This document shows positions 10,501 through 18,477 of a DNA stretch of 25,814 bases, one piece after another. The notes under the pieces are model-generated. The model did not search any database and had not been told where the DNA came from. It saw only the letters and a list, made by a program, of their open reading frames with translations. Position 1 is the first letter of the stretch. Every line of letters starts with the position of its first letter. The DNA is from Candidatus Heimdallarchaeota archaeon (GTDB lineage Archaea; Asgardarchaeota; Heimdallarchaeia; Hodarchaeales; Hodarchaeaceae), in contig CP070695.1 in NCBI GenBank assembly GCA_020353515.1, forward strand, positions 3,366,136-3,391,949, read 5' to 3'. The translations under genes were made by a program, and so were the position numbers.

Positions 10501-13500
10501 CTATATTTATTATGACAATGATGGGCATTTTCAGGTAGATCATGTGATTCATTGGTTTAAAAACAGCATTCTTCAGCCCGAATTGGATAATTTGACTGAA
10601 ATTAATCCCATTTTAACCTCAAAACATGAAGTCTGGAATTATACGTTAAGAGTCTATGATGGCTTAAATTGGTCAATTCAATACAATTCATCTATAACTA
10701 CCATTCTTAACAGCCTCCCAGAAGCTTCAGATTTAACTTTAACTTCTAACCCGACTACTGTGGATGATTTAGTAATTAGTTGGGATTATACTGATAATGA
10801 CAATGATCCATCTCTCAATTATCTTGTAAAATGGTTCATAAACAATATCTATAATGCTTCCTTTGATAATCATACCACAATTTCTTCTAACATCACAAAG
10901 AAAGGTGAAGAATGGAATTATACATTGAGGGTCTTTGATGGGGAGAATTACTCAATCCAATACAATTCTAGTTCAACGATAGTCATAAATACTTTACCTG
11001 TTGCTTTAAATGTGTCTTTAAATGAAAATCCTTTAACAAATGATAATTTAACGGTGAATTATACTTATTATGATGCAGATGGGGATAATGAGAGCTCTTC
11101 TTGGAGGATTCGCTGGTATAAAAACAATGAATTACTACCTGAACTAAATGATACAATGATTGTGAATTTTGGTAACACTACTAAGAACGAAATCTGGTAT
11201 TACAAAATCCAAATTTCAGATGGGGAGGATTATTCAAATAATTACTATTCAACAAGTCGAATTATTGAAAATACTCCTCCAATATTATCAAACTTATCAA
11301 TAACTCCTAATCCTACCACAATCACCGCATTGGAAGCCTTTTGGTCTTTTCACGACGATGATGGTGACTTTGAGAGTATTATAAGAATAATCTTATGGTA
11401 TAGAGATCATATTCATCAGCCATCTTTAGATAACCGAATCTTAGTTCCTTCAGTCTACACCTCAAAAGGAGAACTATGGCATTATGGGGTTAAAGTCTTT
11501 GATGGAACAGATTATTCTGTCCAATTCAATTCTACAATCATCTCCATTTTAAATTCACCCCCAACAGCATCAAGTTTAAGCCTCACAGACTTTCCAACAA
11601 CTAACGATTATCTCTACGCAAATTGGATCTTCTTTGACTTGGATAATGATGTTGAAAATAACAATTCCATTATACGTTGGTTTAAAAATGGTGAGTTACA
11701 ATCTGATTACAATAATCTCCATATAATTCCTTCAATTGCAACTAGCAAAGGCGATACTTGGAACTATACTGTTTGTGTTTATGATGGAACAGATTACTCA
11801 ATTCAATATTCATCTCCTCTTGCAGTAATAAGGAATAGTGCCCCAACAGTAAATAATATCCAAATTAAGAACTCAATTTGCCCTGAATTTCAAGTAGAGG
11901 ATGTTAATCTCAATATTACTTATCATATTGATGATTTAGATAATGATACGGATTTTTCCTTGATTCGTTGGTATGTTAATGGATCCTATCAACCTCAATT
12001 CGAGGGAATGAAGTTTATTTCTGCTAATAATACCAATCCTGGAGAAATTTGGACTATTGAAATCCTTCCTTTTGATGGAAGTGATTATGGCCCCAAAATT
12101 GGTTTATCATTAATCATTGAAAGTCGACCTACAATAAATGATTTTTATTATAAAAGCCTTAAGGACTTAGAGGGACATTATCTCTTTCAAGTAAATGTTA
12201 CTGATCCTAGAAATCCTTTGAAAAACTATGATGAAGTAGTTTACCAGATATATGTAAATAATTCGATTCTTCTACAAGAAAATTTGGCCAAGGAAAACGA
12301 AACAACAAATCTTTGGGAGCTTGATTTCCAATTAGAAAACTATTTCTACATTGGTTATCAAATAGACATAGTAGTAACTGCAACAACTGTAGTAAAATAC
12401 TCCAATATGTATTATGATATTAAAATAAGTAGAAATTTTAGTTTGATTTTGGAAGATGTAGCTCCGCCACGTATTTTGAACATTTATCATGAAATAGATA
12501 ATGAAGACCGACCTACAAATATTACTTTTTATGTTGAAATTCAAGAGTTTGGACTTGGGGTTTTTAATGTTACTCTTTTCTACCGTTATGAGTCTATCAA
12601 TTCAACTGAAGGAGGAAATGGGGCACAAGAAATCCTGTGGTATCAGGTACCAATGGTTTACCAATATGAAAATATCTCTAGGAATTCCAAATTTTATTCT
12701 GTTACAGTAGATTTTTCACCAGCTTTAGATACAACAATTTTTTACAGAATTCAAGCAGCTGATTATCAAGGTAATGTTAATTCAGAAAATACTCCATTTA
12801 ACTTTACTTTTAAGCCTATAATAAATCGAAGCACAATTGAATTAAGTGATCTCTTACCACTTTTAGTATTGGTTGGAGTTCTTCCAGCATTTCTAATTAC
12901 AGCAATGATAATAGCTCGAAAATATCACCAAACTAGAGTTCTTACCCAGAAAAGAAAAAAGAAAAAAATTATAGATAGAATATCTGACATCTTATCTCTA
13001 CGTGTTATAATATGTCGAAATAAAAGTGGTATTGCGTTCTTTACAAATAGCTTTGCAGGATATGGTCAAGATGAAGACATGATTGCTGGGATAACTTCAG
13101 CTATGACCAGTATGGTTTCAGAAATAGCAGAGCGGAAAATAAATAGTGGAGAGTATGACATCTTGGAGCGTGAGGGATTCAGTATCCTTTCTTATCATGG
13201 TAAGTATAGTACAATAAGCATGATATCTGAAGAGAAATTAAGTTTATACATGAAAAAGAAGATGCAAAAGCTTGCTTATGAAATTGAAAATCATTTTACA
13301 CAGGAGGAATTGGAAGGTTTAATTACACCTGAATTATCCAAAGGTGTGGAAAAAATTGTTTTAGAGATTCTTCCAATTAGATTATTAAGGCCATTAATAT
13401 TTGATCAATCTCTATTCATAACCAATATTAATCAATTTTCAAAATACGAAAGAAAAATGAGTGAATATATCAGCGAAATTCCATCCTTTATTGATGGCCA

Positions 13501-13663
13501 ACACACTTTCTATGCAATAAACTTTATCTCTTCCCTTACAGTCCAAGGGGTTCCACTAATAAAAGCCTTTAATTTTCTAGAACATTGTTATAAATCAGAA
13601 ATAATACGAAATCTTTCCGAGGAAGAGCTTACATTTTTAGGTTCTGTAACAACTCCTCAATGA
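7544..13663 (+). CDS. Giant cell-surface protein: DUF2341 + LamG-like domains, nine cadherin/Ig-like repeats, one C-terminal TM helix, cytoplasmic longin-like and winged-helix-like region
   Basis: 2039-aa ORF with an N-terminal hydrophobic signal/anchor. DUF2341-like region (RKNITID..DGGDIIFT..LNHEIE..AWVQV..MYFGN, from ~7946); LamG-like region (WHHYVFTYDG..LYIDG..GIIDEVRIS, to ~8895); repeats 9527-12121; TM 12851-12916 followed by a basic stretch. Many N-x-S/T sequons lie before the TM. The true start may be TTG 7604 (AGGTG upstream). Confidence 0.85.
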   Translation: MPFSTRIFAYNNLIKSLGVSLNRSKIIWKRCSKHSFFLLLLFLYFSMNIVIFIWATNHKSEDSTDIKNVPVPILRSITSFDKNLSYTYSENEYFQLVSNINHLSKNKSMLPQTTEPANSEEIVNFNIKGSINGEWADTRWNRRKNITIDQRKVNGDLTNFTLLLDIFDADLQEYAQEDGGDIIFTQASGEKLNHEIEIYDQTGNSTHAHLVAWVQVDLYSYQDTYISMYFGNSTVSNQEKPENVWSNDYISVWHLSEIGNGSINEYIDSTAYNNHGQGGGGILEQTPNQVPGQIGMGQFLDGIDDLIQIPSSSSLSNPKEEMTIEGWVYSPDGAPGGSIISSTGEFGFNFFDSEIWILLNGTEVPYWHTGQFTGFNWHHYVFTYDGNLNLLYIDGEERSGGSNKGTIQNTEPLYIGWNDFVSHFTKGIIDEVRISNITKSPEWIMTEYNNQFDPYNFYFVGPMEIYDEEPPLINDFGVDDLGDGSPQFWVDITDEKSSIDFVTLKLNQTSHNMTFDTETNLWIYQPSIVAFRDSYFYEINNASDIWRNYLSLPSSPKFVMFNYDSVHPNVLNWEYFSDEGEYGTFKANVSDSWGVIDTVIVNITQGTVLEGSRWAIMQVNSTYINDTIILGSGLFKYVITANDTAGNSFTSSEHQGTVPITNHAPIVENITFSRDPSTPLLPVYSNNTLYLLYDFYDQDNDTEAGTEIRWFKDGVLKTAYNDMVVVPSTAFVKNNQWNVTIRPKDGLDFGNMTSSDTITIQNTAPTASGISITLNPTTCDDIEASWTPTDQDGDNPNDYLNVTIIHWFKWNGSGWELQSLLGNSTSVGSGNTTKDDNWHFTVKIFDGEDYSIEYSSSNTIVVNSIPVVIDPVFNVSSGVSSSLSFKIDYTYNDIDNDLENSGKRIVYWYINGTYNSTFTNFTVINSIYTHEGDFWQYKIAVYDGYDYSINYTSSLLGIGDTLNTPPTVTSCNLTESPTTIDYLIASYIYYDNDGHFQVDHVIHWFKNSILQPELDNLTEINPILTSKHEVWNYTLRVYDGLNWSIQYNSSITTILNSLPEASDLTLTSNPTTVDDLVISWDYTDNDNDPSLNYLVKWFINNIYNASFDNHTTISSNITKKGEEWNYTLRVFDGENYSIQYNSSSTIVINTLPVALNVSLNENPLTNDNLTVNYTYYDADGDNESSSWRIRWYKNNELLPELNDTMIVNFGNTTKNEIWYYKIQISDGEDYSNNYYSTSRIIENTPPILSNLSITPNPTTITALEAFWSFHDDDGDFESIIRIILWYRDHIHQPSLDNRILVPSVYTSKGELWHYGVKVFDGTDYSVQFNSTIISILNSPPTASSLSLTDFPTTNDYLYANWIFFDLDNDVENNNSIIRWFKNGELQSDYNNLHIIPSIATSKGDTWNYTVCVYDGTDYSIQYSSPLAVIRNSAPTVNNIQIKNSICPEFQVEDVNLNITYHIDDLDNDTDFSLIRWYVNGSYQPQFEGMKFISANNTNPGEIWTIEILPFDGSDYGPKIGLSLIIESRPTINDFYYKSLKDLEGHYLFQVNVTDPRNPLKNYDEVVYQIYVNNSILLQENLAKENETTNLWELDFQLENYFYIGYQIDIVVTATTVVKYSNMYYDIKISRNFSLILEDVAPPRILNIYHEIDNEDRPTNITFYVEIQEFGLGVFNVTLFYRYESINSTEGGNGAQEILWYQVPMVYQYENISRNSKFYSVTVDFSPALDTTIFYRIQAADYQGNVNSENTPFNFTFKPIINRSTIELSDLLPLLVLVGVLPAFLITAMIIARKYHQTRVLTQKRKKKKIIDRISDILSLRVIICRNKSGIAFFTNSFAGYGQDEDMIAGITSAMTSMVSEIAERKINSGEYDILEREGFSILSYHGKYSTISMISEEKLSLYMKKKMQKLAYEIENHFTQEELEGLITPELSKGVEKIVLEILPIRLLRPLIFDQSLFITNINQFSKYERKMSEYISEIPSFIDGQHTFYAINFISSLTVQGVPLIKAFNFLEHCYKSEIIRNLSEEELTFLGSVTTPQ
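9527..12121 (+). repeat. Nine tandem ~93-101 aa Ig/cadherin-like protein repeats
   Basis: Units start at N-x-x-P at 9527, 9827, 10130, 10430, 10709, 10988, 11270, 11552 and 11834. Each has D-x-D-x-D (one D-x-D-x-H), a W(F/Y) strand, K(G)(D/E)xW-type and (F/Y)DGx(D/N)YS-type motifs. The units are diverged at the DNA level. Confidence 0.9.
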
Positions 13664-13871
13664 AAGATTAATATCACTTTTGCCTAAATCGATAAATTCA
13701 ATCACAATCCACCCACTACATGCCATTAGGAGTCCTTAACCAAAGATCTAGAATATCATTAATTTCCCTGAAATTTTATCATGCAACAATTATCCATCCT
13801 TTTGATGTCTTACATAAATAAGAAGAAATATTTACAAACTTTGGTGTTTTTTTAAAGTTATTATACAGTAT

Positions 13872-14753
13872 GTGATTGCTATCATGATTGAAGAAAAGGA
13901 GATTGGACCGAGGATTGGCGCTCATAAATCAATCGCTAAATCAATTGATCTGGCGATCGATCGAGGAGTACACAGCACTTGTGAATGTCTGCAAATATTT
14001 ACTCGACCTCCAAGACGTTGGAACACGGTAGAACTTAAACCTAATGCTGTTCAAGAATTCATTAAGAAGTCTAATGCAGCAAATTATTATGACACAGCTA
14101 TACATATGCCCTATCTCCCAAATCTTGCCAGTCCAGATGATACTTTATTTGAAAAATCTGTCAAAGTTTTAATTGAAGAGATAGAAAAGATGCCTATATT
14201 ACATGTACCTTATGTGATAACTCATTTGGGGAGTCCAAAAGACCTCGATGAAGTATTTGCTGCAAAGCGTGTTGCAGAAGCGTTAAATCGAGGCCTGAAT
14301 CACATAAAGAAGTCTTCGATGATATTATTAGAAAATTCAACAGCAAAAAGAAAGAAGTGGGGGAATGAAATTGAACATATTGAGGCAATTCTCAGCTTGG
14401 TTGAGGAAGAACATTTTATTGGTGTGTGCTTCGATACTGCTCATGCTTTTTCATCAGGTTATGATATATCTACCTCAGAAGGCCTAAATGAAGTTATAGA
14501 TAACTTAGAAGGCTTAGTAGGTAAAAACAAACTCCAAATGTTCCATATCAATGATTCTAAAGGTCCTCTTGGCTCTGGAATAGATCATCATGAACATATT
14601 GGTAAAGGTTATATTGGAATAGAATGTTTTAGAGAATTAATGCAAAATCCTCGTTTTAAAAAATTCCCCATGATTCTCGAAACTCCAAAAAGTGATCAAA
14701 TTGGGGATATAAATAACTTAGAACTCTTGAGAAAATTCCGTTCAAGGAGTTAA
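13872..14753 (+). CDS. nfo: Endonuclease IV (AP endonuclease family 2)
   Basis: IGAH, QIFTRPPR, IHMPYLPNLAS, HLGS, LLENSTA, CFDTAH, HINDSK, DHHEHIGKG and ILETP supply the EndoIV metal-ligand set. The start may be ATG 13884. Confidence 0.95.
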   Translation: MIAIMIEEKEIGPRIGAHKSIAKSIDLAIDRGVHSTCECLQIFTRPPRRWNTVELKPNAVQEFIKKSNAANYYDTAIHMPYLPNLASPDDTLFEKSVKVLIEEIEKMPILHVPYVITHLGSPKDLDEVFAAKRVAEALNRGLNHIKKSSMILLENSTAKRKKWGNEIEHIEAILSLVEEEHFIGVCFDTAHAFSSGYDISTSEGLNEVIDNLEGLVGKNKLQMFHINDSKGPLGSGIDHHEHIGKGYIGIECFRELMQNPRFKKFPMILETPKSDQIGDINNLELLRKFRSRS

Positions 14754-14768
14754 TAGAGGAGAAAAACC

Positions 14769-15317
14769 GTGAAGCATCCGATTTCAGATTTGAGTACAGC
14801 CTATCGATATCTATACCCAAGGTTAACGGTTTTAGTTTCTTCAGGAACATTACAAAACCCTAATGCCTTAACAATAGCATGGTCATGCCCATTATCAGTT
14901 GACCCACCCTTAATAGGAGTTTTAATAACAAAAAAGCGTTATTCACATGAAATAATTCAGCGTCACAATGAATTCGTTATAAACATCCCAGATAGTTCAC
15001 AGGTTAAGGAGAGCTATCATATAGGTCGTATTAGTGGGCGAGTAGAACCGCAAAAGCTTAAAAATGCTGGATTTAGTGTGGAAACCTCAACTATGATTAA
15101 AGCTCCACGAATTAAAGAATGTCATATTAATCTAGAATGTAAATTGAAAGATATTATCCCAACTGGAGATCATGATTTATTTATTGGAGAGGTGGTTTTT
15201 ATTGCGATTAATCATGAAATCACAGATAATTGGGCTTTTGATTTGAAAAAGTTTAAGCCAATTTATTGGAGACAATCAAGATCGACAGAAGAAACCTATC
15301 ATCTTGATTTAAAATGA
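14769..15317 (+). CDS. Flavin reductase-like FMN-binding protein
   Basis: YPRLTVLVSS, NALTIAW, PPLIGV, EFVINIP, APRIKECHINLEC and GDHDLFIGEV motifs; GAGGAG upstream of the GTG start. Confidence 0.92.
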   Translation: MKHPISDLSTAYRYLYPRLTVLVSSGTLQNPNALTIAWSCPLSVDPPLIGVLITKKRYSHEIIQRHNEFVINIPDSSQVKESYHIGRISGRVEPQKLKNAGFSVETSTMIKAPRIKECHINLECKLKDIIPTGDHDLFIGEVVFIAINHEITDNWAFDLKKFKPIYWRQSRSTEETYHLDLK

Positions 15318-16426
15318 GATATAAGGAAAGACAGATGAAATCAAAGAAAAATTCTTGTTTAGAAATTGAAGATCAAACTGTTTATTTCAAATCATCAGAA
15401 AGAATGGATGAAATCCCATCTGAATCCATAACTTTAGTTGTTACTTCCCCTCCTTATTGGAACGTTCGTGATTATGGTGGAGAACAGATTGGATTCGGGC
15501 AAAGTTATACTAGCTATATCGAATCTTTAAATAAAGTATGGTCAGAGTGCATTCGAGTTCTTCAACCTAATGGAAAAATTGCGATTAATATTCAACCCCT
15601 CCCAATTGAAGCTAGTCGTTCTGGATTCAATCGACGTATAATCCAAAATATCATGTGGGATATTGAAAAATTCATGCGATCAGCGAAAATGTATCTTTCT
15701 GGGATGCACTATTGGGATAAATCTGAGTATGTCTCAAATGTATCTTGGGGATCCTACCCCAAACCGACTAATATTGCCTCAAATACTGGTTTCGAACAAA
15801 TATTTGTTTGGGTCAAAAAAGGGAAGACTAGAATAGTTCCAAAGGATATTTTAGCTCAAAGTATTCTTACGAAAAGTGAATGGCGGCATTGGGCCGTTCG
15901 ATGCATCTGGGACGATATTTCTCCAGTTTTTAAGATTGATTCCAAAGGCCAAAACAGGTTTGGTCATTCTGCGCCATTTCCAGAAGATATTCCTTTTCGT
16001 TTGATTAAAATGCATACAGCGATCGGCGAAACAGTACTGGATCCTTTCCTTGGTTCTGGAACGACTCTTAAGATGTGTCGATTAACATCGAGAAAAGGGA
16101 TAGGATACGAAATAAATTCAGATTATGCGGAATTAATTCGTACACGAATTTTAGAAAAATGGAAACCTCCTTCTATCGAAGCACAATATAAAACCTTCGG
16201 AACAACTCAATTCTACAGAATTTTAGAGTTCATGTATCAACGATTGAAGGAAGAGCCTTTATTATCATTAAATTCGTTTTGGGGAGATTTATTGAGGAGT
16301 TTTCCACAAAAAATGACAAAATCTTGGATTAAACATCTAAAAAACTTGGAAGAAGAAACCCAAAATAATTTAGTAACCTCTCAAAAGACAATTCTCGATA
16401 GATTTTTAGATCAACCTAAAAAATGA
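15314..16426 (+). CDS. Site-specific DNA methyltransferase, N6-adenine/N4-cytosine beta class, apparently orphan
   Basis: Motif IV VTSPPY lies N-terminal; HSAPFP and motif I VLDPFLGSGTT plus GIGYEI lie C-terminal (beta order). It overlaps the flavin reductase stop by ATGA. There is a ~85-aa C-terminal extension, and no adjacent restriction endonuclease. Confidence 0.92.
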   Translation: MRYKERQMKSKKNSCLEIEDQTVYFKSSERMDEIPSESITLVVTSPPYWNVRDYGGEQIGFGQSYTSYIESLNKVWSECIRVLQPNGKIAINIQPLPIEASRSGFNRRIIQNIMWDIEKFMRSAKMYLSGMHYWDKSEYVSNVSWGSYPKPTNIASNTGFEQIFVWVKKGKTRIVPKDILAQSILTKSEWRHWAVRCIWDDISPVFKIDSKGQNRFGHSAPFPEDIPFRLIKMHTAIGETVLDPFLGSGTTLKMCRLTSRKGIGYEINSDYAELIRTRILEKWKPPSIEAQYKTFGTTQFYRILEFMYQRLKEEPLLSLNSFWGDLLRSFPQKMTKSWIKHLKNLEEETQNNLVTSQKTILDRFLDQPKK

Positions 16427-16658
16427 ATTCGTTGAGTTCTCAAAAAGATTAAAAGAGAAAATACGCGATTTTTCGAAAAAAAGAAAGCTGAAAACCTTGA
16501 TAAAGATTTCACTTGATTAAAACTGTAAACAGAGAGTTTTAACTCTTTTTTTACATATATGAAAAAAATCGAGTATAGAATTTTTATTGAATTGACAACT
16601 TTCCTCTATCAATAATAGTGCACACTTGTCTAATAGATTGACATCATTGGATTTTAAA

Positions 16659-16677
16659 TTGATTAAACAATAATCAA
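16659..16677. promoter_or_regulatory. Perfect inverted repeat TTGATTA-N5-TAATCAA abutting the histone BRE (candidate operator)
   Basis: Read directly from the sequence. A further TTGATTA half-site lies at 16514-16520. Confidence 0.45.
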
Positions 16678-16679
16678 AA

Positions 16680-16695
16680 GAAAACCTTTAAATAG
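16680..16695 (+). promoter_or_regulatory. Archaeal BRE/TATA promoter of the histone gene
   Basis: GAAAACC followed by TTTAAATA (16687-16694), about 85 nt upstream of the ATG. Shine-Dalgarno AGGTGA at 16768-16773. Confidence 0.65.
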
Positions 16696-16779
16696 TTTTA
16701 TAAAATAAGGAAAATTGCTGTAAAAAACATAGCAGCAATATGTACTGTGTGTAAAACACAGGAGAAAAGGTGAAAGAAA

Positions 16780-16983
16780 ATGGCAGGTTTTGCCTCCGCA
16801 CGTGTTGAAAAACTTATCCGTAATGCCGGAGCTAGACGAGTTTCTGCTGACGCGATTAACAGATTAAATGAAGTTCTAACTGATTATGCCACAAACATCG
16901 CCAAATACGCAGTTGAGATCGCTCGTCACTCTGGTAGGAAAACTATTAAGGAAAATGACATTAAGCTAGCAGCCGCTAAATAA
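16780..16983 (+). CDS. Archaeal histone (HMfA/HMfB family, tailless)
   Basis: 67-aa histone fold with RVEKLIRNAGARRVS (AGA loop 1), HSGRKTIKENDI (R-T..D salt bridge) and a strong SD. Confidence 0.96.
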   Translation: MAGFASARVEKLIRNAGARRVSADAINRLNEVLTDYATNIAKYAVEIARHSGRKTIKENDIKLAAAK

Positions 16984-17004
16984 GCATGCTAATTTAATGT
17001 TTAT

Positions 17005-17032
17005 TATCCTTCCATCCCCTCTTTTTCTTTTT
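17005..17032 (+). terminator. Pyrimidine/oligo-T terminator after the histone gene
   Basis: TATCCTTCCATCCCCTCTTTTTCTTTTT begins about 20 nt after the stop, in the gap between convergent genes. Confidence 0.6.
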
Positions 17033-17064
17033 ATGATAATTAGCTGTGCTTTTATGTTTTGACA

Positions 17065-17457
17065 TCATCTTGATTTTATTTTTAAGGTTTCAGTTTGCAG
17101 TTGCTGAATTCGATCTATTTCACTTAATAAAGTGCGGATACTTGTGGGTTTTGTAAAAAAACCTATCGCTCCATTTTCAAGTGCTTCTTTTTCGACTCTT
17201 TTCTCAGCACTAACGAATAAAACCTTCGCATCAGGAGTCATTTTTAATATTTCCTTCATGGCAACTAAGCCATCAAGGACAGGCATCCGATAATCCATTA
17301 TAATTATATCTGGTTTAATTGGGAGGTCTGAAAACTTCTTAATCGCTTCTTTACCATTACTCGCTGAATCGACAACGTCATGTCCTTCCATCATCAACAG
17401 CTTTGTATAAATCATTAGGAGATCTCGCTCGTCATCGACGAGAAGGATTCGTGCCAT
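17065..17457 (-). CDS. Single-domain response regulator (CheY-like)
   Basis: ILLVDDE, PDIIIMDYRMPVLDG (phosphoacceptor D), VSA and TKP; no output domain. Confidence 0.93.
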   Translation of the reverse strand: MARILLVDDERDLLMIYTKLLMMEGHDVVDSASNGKEAIKKFSDLPIKPDIIIMDYRMPVLDGLVAMKEILKMTPDAKVLFVSAEKRVEKEALENGAIGFFTKPTSIRTLLSEIDRIQQLQTETLKIKSR

Positions 17458-17880
17458 TTGATCATTCGCCTCAACGGAAGGTAAGGAAAGGGAGATTGTA
17501 TGTAAAGAGTAATAATTTGTTTCTATTTACAGTGTTACTTGTTCCTAGATTACTTATATTCTAATTACATTTATTAAATCAGATTTTTTAAATCTAATGC
17601 TTGTAGAGATTATGAGTTATTAATTCATTTTTCCATCGTTTTCTTTATATTTATAACCGAATTTATGAGAATGAGAAAGGAGTATTGGAGCTTTTTAAAA
17701 AGGGAATAAAGGGTGTTATTAAAAGGGTTACCTCAAATACTAAAAATTTACGTAGTACATCACATTTCTTAGCTTCCAGAAACAGAAATATCGATATCAA
17801 ATTAAATTATTCCATTAATCAAAAATTCGAGTAAGACATGGGAGGAACTGTGCGATAATGATACCAATTATAGTTCTTGT

Positions 17881-18477
17881 CTATAACAGATCGAGAGCGT
17901 CCTTTAATTGTTCTTTCTCTTCTTCAGTTAAACCAGCTTCACTTGGAATTAAGAGATCAGCGTCTGCTAGCCTCATTGATATAGCTAAACTCCTCTCCAA
18001 ATAATATTGGGCTTTTTCATCCATACTTTTATGTTTATAAGCCGTGGAAATAATATACATTGATGTTGCTATTCCCTTCTCATACCCAATATCCTCTGTA
18101 ACTTCAAGAGCCTCTTCAGTAAAATCGAAGGACCTTATGAAGTCTTTTTTCTCCATAGCTAAGACCCAAGCTAAGTTTAAAAGAGCCTCAGCGACTCCTT
18201 TCTTATAATTATGCGCTCGGGCTAAAGCTAATGATTCTGCTGTGATTTCTAAGAAAATAGGAAATGAATTATTCTTCCAGTGTAAAATTCCTAGAGAATT
18301 TCTAATATTTACCTCTGGTTGAACAAAATCAAGATTTTCTGCTTCTTCTAATTTCCTTTGAAGAAGTTTAATTGCTTCTCCAAATGCACCATCCTCAGCC
18401 AAAGCAGTAGCTTTCTTAATTACTTCTTGAAACTCGGATAGAACTTTAGGATCAATCATCGAAGCTTCTTTGGCCAT
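17881..18477 (-). CDS. Tetratricopeptide repeat (TPR) protein
   Basis: Repeated helical-hairpin patterns NSLGILHW, AEALLNLAWV..ALE and ATSMYIISTAY..KAQYYLERSLAI. The ATG at 18477 (GTGA upstream) is preferred over 18540. Confidence 0.8.
   Translation of the reverse strand: MAKEASMIDPKVLSEFQEVIKKATALAEDGAFGEAIKLLQRKLEEAENLDFVQPEVNIRNSLGILHWKNNSFPIFLEITAESLALARAHNYKKGVAEALLNLAWVLAMEKKDFIRSFDFTEEALEVTEDIGYEKGIATSMYIISTAYKHKSMDEKAQYYLERSLAISMRLADADLLIPSEAGLTEEEKEQLKDALDLL

Noticed and set aside
9527-12121. Periodic DNA similarity as a CRISPR array or DGR-type repeats
   Set aside because: The period is ~280-300 nt, in frame and conserved at the protein level. There are no identical short repeats with spacers, and no cas or reverse transcriptase gene.
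6723-14850. Short ORFs within the EamA, giant protein and nfo genes (6723-6920, 8618-8812, 8622-8876, 9468-9719, 12332-12544, 12501-12710, 14194-14388, 14656-14850)
   Set aside because: They overlap longer supported CDSs and have no independent evidence.
16984-17049. Possible analogue of the eukaryotic histone 3' stem-loop (GCTAATT...AATTAGC flanking the terminator)
   Set aside because: It does not match the 6-bp stem/4-nt loop consensus. The arms are AT-rich and ~43 nt apart, and an ordinary oligo-T terminator explains the region.
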